Assembly: GCA_041484665.1 (NCBI GenBank)
Contig: JBGPIA010000002.1
Coordinates: 640,001 to 704,000 of the forward strand
Reading direction: 5' to 3'
Origin: Candidatus Krumholzibacteriia bacterium
Lineage (GTDB): Bacteria; Krumholzibacteriota; Krumholzibacteriia; JAJRXK01
Length of the DNA: 64,000 nucleotides
In this document: piece after piece, positions 32,292-39,958 of the stretch
How positions within the stretch are numbered: the first letter of the stretch is position 1
How the letters are laid out: each line of letters starts with the position of its first letter
The notes under the pieces: generated by a model
What the model was told of the DNA's origin: nothing
The model's input: only the letters and a program-made list of their open reading frames with translations
Database searches by the model: none
Made by a program: the position numbers and the translations under genes

Positions 32292-32395
32292 GCAGGGCCA
32301 GGTGATCTGCGGCACACGCCAGGACTTACGTACCGCTGCTACTTTCCAGTCCTGACGGGGTTGGCAAGCTGGCGTTGCGCAGGACCTGGCCCCAC
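32292..32395 (-). ncRNA. ffs: Signal recognition particle RNA (4.5S type)
   Basis: Minus strand GGGGCCAGGU...CCGUCAGGACUGGAAAGUAGCAGCGG...ACCUGGCCC long hairpin with the helix-8 motif; upstream of dnaX. Ends are approximate. Confidence 0.9.
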
Positions 32396-32508
32396 ACCTA
32401 CGGCGTTGCGTCCGTCGTCGAAGCCAACGTGCATGGCGGACGCGACCGCCCCGGCAGCGCTCGGATGGGCAGTTGCTTTGGCGGCGGGCCGGTTGAATCG
32501 GCTATTCT

Positions 32509-32584
32509 TGGTGGAGATGAGCGGGCTCGAACCGCCGACCTCCTCGTTGCGAACGAGGCGCTCTCCCAGCTGAGCTACATCCCC
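32509..32584 (-). tRNA. tRNA-Ala(CGC)
   Basis: GGGGATGTAGCTCAGCTGGGAGAGCG CCTCG TT CGC AA CGAGG...TTCGAG...CCA; 76 nt. Confidence 0.97.
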
Positions 32585-32595
32585 AGGCGGGATGA

Positions 32596-32624
32596 TAGGT
32601 AACATGAAGGCCTTGGGCTGTCAA
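32596..32624 (-). promoter_or_regulatory. Promoter for tRNA-Ala/ffs/dnaX
   Basis: Perfect TTGACA, 17 bp, TACCTA (imperfect -10). Confidence 0.5.
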
Positions 32625-32647
32625 CGCGCCCCGGCCGCGGAGACGGA

Positions 32648-33256
32648 ATGCGACGTCGCAAGCCTGAGCCAACTGCGGATGCCGCAGCAGTGCACGCGGA
32701 GATCCTGCGCGATCTCGAGCGGCGCCCTCCGCGCGCAAGCGACAAGCAGGCGCCTCCCGAGCTGCCGCGGCGCACGTCTGGATCGTCGCCCGCACCGCAG
32801 TCGAGCCCCACTCCAGGGTCCCGGTCCAGGTCGGCGCCCCGGCCGTTGGCCGGGGACGCATCCAGGTCGACACCCGCGCCGGCGTCCAGGTCGCAGTCGG
32901 GGGCCCCCAACCGGCCGCCAGCGCAGGATCCATCCCGGTCCGGCCCCGATCCGAAGCGCAAGCGCCGGCCCGGCGCTGCGCCGCCGGCGCGCCGCCAGCT
33001 CGACTTGCACCTGCTGACCGTCGAGCAGGCGCTGGCCGCCATCCGCCTGAACGCGGCGTCATGGCGCCAGCAGCAGATCGAGGAGGTGCTGTTGATCGTC
33101 GGCCGCGGGCGCCACAGCGAAGGCGGGGTACCACGGCTGCGCCCGGCGGTGGAGGAGTTCTGCCGCGCACGCACCGACCTGTTCGTCTCCGTCGCAGAGG
33201 CGCCCCGCGACCGGGGCGGGGCCGGAGCGCTGGTCGTCAGGTTGCGCCCACGCTGA
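32648..33256 (+). CDS. Stand-alone Smr (small MutS-related) domain protein
   Basis: QLDLHLLTVEQAL...VLLIVGRGRHSEGG..RLRPAV...GGAGALVVRL; low-complexity N-terminus; start uncertain. Confidence 0.85.
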   Translation: MRRRKPEPTADAAAVHAEILRDLERRPPRASDKQAPPELPRRTSGSSPAPQSSPTPGSRSRSAPRPLAGDASRSTPAPASRSQSGAPNRPPAQDPSRSGPDPKRKRRPGAAPPARRQLDLHLLTVEQALAAIRLNAASWRQQQIEEVLLIVGRGRHSEGGVPRLRPAVEEFCRARTDLFVSVAEAPRDRGGAGALVVRLRPR

Positions 33257-33317
33257 GCCCACGCTGAGCCGGTGCGTCTCAGGGATCCGACCGGCGCGCC
33301 GATCGCGCGCAGGGGAA

Positions 33318-33406
33318 TGGCGGAGAGGCAGGGATTCGAACCCTGGGTCCCCAAAGGGGACAACGGTTTTCGAGACCGTCCCGATCGACCGCTCCGGCAC
33401 CTCTCC
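33318..33406 (-). tRNA. tRNA-Ser(CGA)
   Basis: ACGGT CT CGA AA ACCGT, long variable arm, GCCA end. Confidence 0.96.
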
Positions 33407-33478
33407 GCACCGCCTTCTCGGGCCGCCGTCAGCCGCGCTCCATCTTAAGCGGCGCGCGAGCGCCGGCCCTGGACTGCG

Positions 33479-33566
33479 TGGCGGAGAGAGAGGGATTCGA
33501 ACCCTCGGTACCTTGCGGTACACACGCTCTCCAGGCGTGCCGATTAAACCACTCTCGCATCTCTCC
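33479..33566 (-). tRNA. tRNA-Ser(GGA)
   Basis: CACGC CT GGA GA GCGTG, long variable arm, GCCA end. Confidence 0.96.
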
Positions 33567-33581
33567 GCCCTGAGCCTCCAA

Positions 33582-33610
33582 TGTATAGCCGCCCAGCCCA
33601 GGCTTTTCAA
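33582..33610 (-). promoter_or_regulatory. Promoter for tRNA-Ser(GGA)
   Basis: TTGAAA-17 bp-TATACA, overlapping the tadA stop. Confidence 0.5.
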
Positions 33611-34179
33611 CCGGGGGGGTCCGTCCGCGCGCGCAGATCGCGGTAGAACGCCTGCAACAGCGCGAGCGCGTCGTGCTCCAAGCAGCCATCGGTGATCGCC
33701 AGGTCGTGGCGGTAGGGGTTGCCTTGCACCACGTCCAGGAAGCTGCCGCACGCGCCCGCGCGCGGATCGCGCGTGCCGTAGACCAAGCGCGCGACGCGCG
33801 CGAGCAGGATTGCGCCAGCGCACATGGTGCACGGCTCCAGGGTGACGTAGAGCGTTACGCCGGCCAGCCGCCACTCCCCCAGCGCCTGCGCAGCGCTGCC
33901 CAGCGTAAGGATCTCCGCGTGCGCCGTGGGATCGCCCAAGGCCTCGACGCGGTTGTGACCGCGCCCCAGCAGGCGCCCCTCGTGCACGGCCACCGCGCCC
34001 ACGGGCGTCTCCCGATCGGCGAAGGCCTGCTCGGCCTCCTGCAGCGCCAGGCGCATCCAGCGCTCGTCGTCGGGCGGTGTCCGCGGTGCCACCGTCGGTC
34101 GCGCACTGCCCTGTGCACCGTTGGGCCGCGGGCGTGGCGCCGGCGTGTCGCCGCCGTCCGCATCGTGCCCGGCGTTCAT
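33607..34179 (-). CDS. tadA: tRNA adenosine(34) deaminase
   Basis: ETPVGAV, DPTAHAEI, LYVTLEPCTMCAGA; ATG overlaps the upstream stop. Confidence 0.95.
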   Translation of the reverse strand: MNAGHDADGGDTPAPRPRPNGAQGSARPTVAPRTPPDDERWMRLALQEAEQAFADRETPVGAVAVHEGRLLGRGHNRVEALGDPTAHAEILTLGSAAQALGEWRLAGVTLYVTLEPCTMCAGAILLARVARLVYGTRDPRAGACGSFLDVVQGNPYRHDLAITDGCLEHDALALLQAFYRDLRARTDPPG

Positions 34180-36398
34180 TGCTTCGCGGGGCGCGCATCG
34201 CGCAGCTCGCGCAGCACGACGTTGCCGGCCGCGTCCACCGCGCGCAGCCAGATCCAGTCGGAGTCCGCCGCGCTGCGGGCCTGCGGCCGCGGACCGTGCA
34301 CCTGCTCCTCGGAGGAGTCGAGGACCCCGTCGACGGGCGAGAGCGCCTCCCACTCACCCTGCTGCGTGCGGACCGCAACGTCCGCGATGGGCGACGACGC
34401 GTCGCGCACGCGCGCGGTCACCTGCGTGCGAGCGTCGTCCTCGAAGCGCAGCTCGAGCACGACCGGCGGGGTGTTGTCGACGTGGAGGGTACCCGTGACC
34501 TCTTCGGACTCGCGTCGAGTGAGTGCGGGGTTGTCCTGGCCGTCGTTGGCGCGCACGCGCACGCGGTAGATGCCGTCCTCGAAGGCGCGCGTGTCCCAGG
34601 CGTAGAGCGGGTCGCGCAGCTCCGTGGCCAGCTGCTGCCAGGCGCCGTCGGGCTCGCGGCGCACGTCCACGGCGTAGCGCACGTCGTCGTCGTTGGGGTC
34701 GTCGGCCTCCCAACGGACGGTGCGCAGGCCGCGTGCCCACGCGGTCAGCTCCGCCGGTGCGCCGGCGCGCCGGGTGTAGACCTGGTACTCGACGGCCAGG
34801 CCGTCGTCGAAGCGCTGGCTCACCTGCGGCGGCGAGGAGTTCACGCCACCGCTCTGGAGCTCGCCGCCGGCCGGCTCGACGCGCAGGGCGTGGATGCGCG
34901 GAGGCAGGTTGCGCTCGCGGTAGGCGATGCGCACCGCGGCGACGCGCGGCTGCGACGCCGGGCTGCCGAGCTCGAGGCGGTACTGCAGGTAGGGCCCGAC
35001 CGGCGATCGGATGGGCTCGCCGGAAGGCTGCGGGTCGCTCCAGGGGCTCCAGGTGGTGTCGGGCGCGTTGCGAAAGCCGCTGCGCGTGCGCACGGTGACG
35101 CCCTCGGTCTCGCCCTCGAGCGTCAGGCGGCCCCACTGCTCGAGCTGGCGGGCCTCCACCACGCGCGAGGTGATTTGACCCTTGGCGCGCCGTTCCGGCG
35201 CCAGCTGCACGACCTTGCCCTGGTTGCCTGTGCCCACCGTGATCGCGCCGTCACCGTCCACCTGGAGCGCGAGGGCGTCTCCACCGTCCAGATCGGTCCA
35301 GATCTCGCGGCGTCCCCGCCGGTCGATGTGCAGCAGGCGGCCCGACTCGGCCTCGCCGGCCAGCAGCGTGCCGTCGGACAGGCGCGCCAGCGAGAGCAGG
35401 CGCTGCGCGGAAGCGTAGATCTCCTCGAACCCGCCGCTGCGTGGGATCCAGACGATGCGGCTGGCCGTTGGACCGCCCGAGCTGATGGGCACGCCGGAGC
35501 CGCCGGGGCCGCTGCCGCCGGGCTCCCCACCCCCGTGAGGTCCGCTCGCTGCCCCCGGCGATGGTGCAGGCGTAGCCGGCGGCGGACCGGCCGCGGGCGA
35601 CGACCCACCCACCGTGAGCACGTAGACGCCCTGCTCGCCGTCCCCCACGATCCGGCGGATCTCCTCTTCCTTGGCCTCGTAGGCGATGCGACACGTCGGG
35701 CCGTCGCTTCCCTCCACGCGCGCCACGAGCGCGGGTGTGGACGTGCCGATCCACAAGCCGGCCGCGTCGCGCAACAGCGTCGTGGCGTTGGCCGCGGGCA
35801 GCTCCAGCAGCACTTCGCCTGATGGCGCCTTCGTGGAGACGCGCACGACGCGCGCCCCGGGCCCCGTCGCGGCCAGCCAGCTGCCGCGCTCGCTGCCCTC
35901 TGCCAGGTCCCACACCGATTGCTGCGGCACGTCCAGTGCGACGGACGCCGTGCCGTCGGGTGTGACGCGGTAGACCACGCCGTCGGGGCTGCTGCCGGCC
36001 AGCAGCTCGTCGCCCTGCGGCATCAGGCACAGGATCTCGAAGGCCAGCGTATGGACCCACGGCAGCAGCGTGTCGCCCTGCTGGCGGAAGATCGCGCCCG
36101 AGTCGCCGGTGCCCACCAGCAGCCGGCCTTTGCGGTCGCGCGCCAGGCTCCACACGTGCAAGGCGTCGGTGTGCCACGTGCGCGTGACACGCGGCGCGGA
36201 CACCAACTGGCCGGAGGAGTCCAGCGCGACGCCGCGCAGCTCGCCCTGCAAGAACTCGGGGGCGCCCTCCGACAGCGTGCGGCTTCCCGCGGCGCGCGCT
36301 GGCACCGCTGACGCCACGGCGCAAACGAAGCAAAGCGCCGCCGCGGCGGGCGCCATGGACAACGACGTGGGCACGCGCAACGAGGGACGACGATTCAT
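34176..36398 (-). CDS. Secreted beta-propeller protein with a C-terminal Ig/Fn3-like region
   Basis: Signal peptide; repeated blades (VWSLA, LVGTG, GVVYRV); W.S.W segment; WEADDPNDD, WDT..FEDG.YRVRV.A.D, VDNTPP. Confidence 0.7.
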   Translation of the reverse strand: MNRRPSLRVPTSLSMAPAAAALCFVCAVASAVPARAAGSRTLSEGAPEFLQGELRGVALDSSGQLVSAPRVTRTWHTDALHVWSLARDRKGRLLVGTGDSGAIFRQQGDTLLPWVHTLAFEILCLMPQGDELLAGSSPDGVVYRVTPDGTASVALDVPQQSVWDLAEGSERGSWLAATGPGARVVRVSTKAPSGEVLLELPAANATTLLRDAAGLWIGTSTPALVARVEGSDGPTCRIAYEAKEEEIRRIVGDGEQGVYVLTVGGSSPAAGPPPATPAPSPGAASGPHGGGEPGGSGPGGSGVPISSGGPTASRIVWIPRSGGFEEIYASAQRLLSLARLSDGTLLAGEAESGRLLHIDRRGRREIWTDLDGGDALALQVDGDGAITVGTGNQGKVVQLAPERRAKGQITSRVVEARQLEQWGRLTLEGETEGVTVRTRSGFRNAPDTTWSPWSDPQPSGEPIRSPVGPYLQYRLELGSPASQPRVAAVRIAYRERNLPPRIHALRVEPAGGELQSGGVNSSPPQVSQRFDDGLAVEYQVYTRRAGAPAELTAWARGLRTVRWEADDPNDDDVRYAVDVRREPDGAWQQLATELRDPLYAWDTRAFEDGIYRVRVRANDGQDNPALTRRESEEVTGTLHVDNTPPVVLELRFEDDARTQVTARVRDASSPIADVAVRTQQGEWEALSPVDGVLDSSEEQVHGPRPQARSAADSDWIWLRAVDAAGNVVLRELRDARPAKQ

Positions 36399-36469
36399 GG
36401 GGGCGCTCCTTGCGGATGCGCGGGCAGCCCGCTGCGGCGGCAGGTTACGGCGCTGCGCGCGACCGGGAT

Positions 36470-38503
36470 CTACTTCGATTCTGCGGGCCTGACCGTGACG
36501 GCGATCTTCTCCGCCCCGTCCAGCACCCACTGCGTCGTCAGCTGCGTGCCCGCCACGGGGGTGGCGAGGACGCTCTCGGCGGTGGGGGTGCCGCGCGCGC
36601 GACCGAGCACCGCCTGCACGCTGGGCGGCAGCTGCTCCAGCTCGCGCCCGCGCACCACGACCGCTTGCGGGGCCCCGTAGAGCGTCGCCACCAGCGTGCT
36701 GGCCGGACGGCGCAGCGCGAAAGCCTCCCGCACCGCGCGGACCCCGGGATTGCGCCAGCGGGCCATGGCGCGCGCGAGCTCCTCGCGGAATGCGCTGCTG
36801 CCGTCGGCCAGGTGCAGCTCGTAGAGACCGGGCTGCGTGCGCGGCGGCACGGTGATCTCCAGATCGGTCCACACCGGCGCGGCGTGTCGCGGCAGCAGCT
36901 CGACGCGCACCGCCACCCGCTGTCCGGGGCGCGGATCGGGCGGCTGCGCCAACACGCGCCCGAGCCGCGCTGTCTGTTCGCCGAAGCCCAGCTCCAGTTG
37001 CGCCTGCACGGCCTGCAGGCGCACCGCCTGCTCATCGTTGAACGCCACCATCGAGATCGGCAGGATGACCTCCGACGCGAGATCGGCGCCCTGACCCAGT
37101 CCGCTGAAGGCCGACTCGCTGACCACGGGCGGCTCGCCGGGCACGTCGAGGCGCAGCTGCATGCGCACGGTGGACTCGCCCAGGTTCTCGTGGCCGCTCA
37201 GCAGCGCGCTCTGGATCGTCCAGAGCACGAGCGTGGTCATGATGGCCGGCTCGCGCGCCACACCGTAGGAGAAGTGGTCCTCCCGGCCACCCTGCTCCAC
37301 AACTCGCACGTGCACCGGCAGCAGGTCGGCGGTCACGCCGATCCGGCCGCAGACGCCCGTGGAGCGATCCAGCAGCAACGCGCCGACGGTGGGACCGGCG
37401 GTGGCGAACTTGAAGCTGATCTCGCTGCTGGGCAAGAGCGCCACGACGCTGGCGCCGGCCAGCGGCAGGCTGAGCGGTCCCGCGCCCAGCAATGGGTGGC
37501 CGAAGCCCAGCACCGTGTCGCCGATGCGCTCGGTCATGGTTCCCACGGCGCCCAGGCGGGCGTCCCCGTCGACCAGCAGCACCGCCATCGCGTCACCGGG
37601 ATGCTGCAGGGCGCCCGCCGCGGACGCGCTGGCGGCGGGCCCCGCCCCACCGACATCCGCCGCGCTGCTCACCACCACACTGCGGTCAAGACCCGCCGCG
37701 CGGTCCGCACCCGCAGTGGCGCCCACGGCCGCGGGAAGCGTGGCGTCGAGCGCCTGCGCGATCGTGCTGCGCACCGCGGGCGCGAATCCGGAGACGGTCC
37801 AGGCGAGCCCACTGCTCGCCAACCGACGCGCCAGCCCCTGCGCCGGATCGTGCGGCGGTTCGACGGGCGCACCGCCCAGAGCCGGCAGCGACGGCAGCGA
37901 CGAAAGATCGAACACCTGTGGATGAGGCCACAGCGGCGGATGCGACCAAGCGGAGGCCAGCGCGCCGTCGGCCGCCGCGAGCGCGGCGGCACCGGCCCCG
38001 GCCGTCCCGCCGGCCATCGTGACGTCGCCCAGCGCGAGGCCCGCCGGCGCGCCAAAGGAGGGCGCCAGCGCTTGCTGATCACCCGGCTTCCAGGTCGGGT
38101 GCTCGCCACGCTCCAACGCATCGGCCATGCGGCGCATGTCGGCAATGGGACGGATCGCGGCGATGGGCTCCTTGGCGAAGCCCCAGGTCGCCATCACTGC
38201 CCCGATCAGCTCGCCGTCGATCAGCACGGGGCTGCCGCTCATGCCCTCCAGCACGCCGGTCTGGGTGAGCGGGTCGCCGGAGAGGCGGGCCAACAGCACG
38301 TCGCCGGTCGTGCCCCAGCGCTCGAGGCGGCCGAGGATCTCGACCTGGAAGGTGTCCACCTTCTGGCCCGAGAAAACCGTGTAGCCCACGCCGCGGTCGC
38401 CGGCCTGCGGCGGCCGCGCCGCGGCCAGCGGGGTGCGAACGCTCAGCACGCCGGGCGCGCAGAACGCGCAGAGCGTCAGCAGGTGGGTCCTCAGCCGGCG
38501 CAC
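36470..38503 (-). CDS. SpoIVB-like peptidase S55 domain protein
   Basis: GYTVFSG..V..F.VEILG, GVLEGMSGSPV.IDG.LIGAV, GT.T...G..VLGFGHP. Confidence 0.88.
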   Translation of the reverse strand: MRRLRTHLLTLCAFCAPGVLSVRTPLAAARPPQAGDRGVGYTVFSGQKVDTFQVEILGRLERWGTTGDVLLARLSGDPLTQTGVLEGMSGSPVLIDGELIGAVMATWGFAKEPIAAIRPIADMRRMADALERGEHPTWKPGDQQALAPSFGAPAGLALGDVTMAGGTAGAGAAALAAADGALASAWSHPPLWPHPQVFDLSSLPSLPALGGAPVEPPHDPAQGLARRLASSGLAWTVSGFAPAVRSTIAQALDATLPAAVGATAGADRAAGLDRSVVVSSAADVGGAGPAASASAAGALQHPGDAMAVLLVDGDARLGAVGTMTERIGDTVLGFGHPLLGAGPLSLPLAGASVVALLPSSEISFKFATAGPTVGALLLDRSTGVCGRIGVTADLLPVHVRVVEQGGREDHFSYGVAREPAIMTTLVLWTIQSALLSGHENLGESTVRMQLRLDVPGEPPVVSESAFSGLGQGADLASEVILPISMVAFNDEQAVRLQAVQAQLELGFGEQTARLGRVLAQPPDPRPGQRVAVRVELLPRHAAPVWTDLEITVPPRTQPGLYELHLADGSSAFREELARAMARWRNPGVRAVREAFALRRPASTLVATLYGAPQAVVVRGRELEQLPPSVQAVLGRARGTPTAESVLATPVAGTQLTTQWVLDGAEKIAVTVRPAESK

Positions 38504-38534
38504 AGAATCGTCGGTGGCAGAGGGGGGGCTGGCG

Positions 38535-39218
<684 letters not shown>

Positions 39219-39366
39219 CAGGACCTCCCGCCGCGCAGCGCGCTCGTGGGGAGGCGCGCAGGGCGACGCTGCGTCAGGATAGGTGGCGGTTGCGGGCCGT
39301 GCAACCGCGCGCCTGCGCGCAAACGAGCGAGGGCCAGCGATCGCGGCGACGCTGGCCCTCGTGAAG

Positions 39367-39443
39367 TGGTGCGCCCAGAGGGACTCGAACCCCCAGCCTT
39401 TTGGTCCGTAGCCAAACGCTCTATCCAATTGAGCTATGGGCGC
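39367..39443 (-). tRNA. tRNA-Arg(ACG)
   Basis: TTTGG CT ACG GA CCAAA; 77 nt; CCA end. Confidence 0.97.
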
Positions 39444-39505
39444 GTCAGATCCCGCGTCGGCGGCATGCTCGGCGCGGCGGCCGCATCGCGCGACCGCGCG
39501 CGTGG

Positions 39506-39599
<94 letters not shown>

Positions 39600-39700
39600 G
39601 TTGAAGTCTGTTCGCTCTTGCCTCCCGTGACGGCTCGCCGCGGCCGTCGTCGGCCGCCCGCCGCAGTTGTGTTTCCTGCCCGACCGCGCGTCCCGGATGT

Positions 39701-39787
39701 TGGCGGAGGGCGGGGGATTCGAACCCCCATGGGCGTACGCCCGGCGGTTTTCAGGACCGCTGCCTTGCCAATTAGGTCTAGCCCTCC
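39701..39787 (-). tRNA. tRNA-Ser(TGA), atypical (C33)
   Basis: GGAGGGC acceptor, GCGGT CC TGA AA ACCGC, variable arm GGGCGTACGCCC, GGTTCGAATCC, G discriminator plus CCA. Confidence 0.88.
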
Positions 39788-39898
39788 GTGCGGCCACGTG
39801 TGCGAGAGCCCGCGCGTAGAGGCTCGCGCCGACTGTGTAACTTGTTTTGCCGCAACAAATTATGTGCGGCCGACCGGCTCGGTGGGCAACGGGTGCTG

Positions 39899-39927
39899 AA
39901 TCTAGCACCGGCCCCGGGGGGTGTCAA
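39899..39927 (-). promoter_or_regulatory. Strong sigma70-type promoter of the tRNA Ser-Ser-Arg operon
   Basis: TTGACA-17 bp-TAGATT with a TGn extension. Confidence 0.75.
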
Positions 39928-39958
39928 GCAACCGGGCGCGTCGCAGCCGCGGCACCGC

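Noticed and set aside
32271..32460. Long-form SRP RNA with extra helices
   Set aside because: The flanking complementarity is short and GC-rich, the upstream hairpin pairs better on the opposite strand, and no Alu-like motif was recognised.
39701..39787. tRNA-Sec (selC), given selA in the window
   Set aside because: The anticodon is TGA rather than TCA and the acceptor stem is 7 bp, so it is a Ser tRNA.
39833..39870. dif (XerCD) site
   Set aside because: Only TTATGT matches; the XerD arm TTATGTTAAAT and the 11-6-11 layout are missing.
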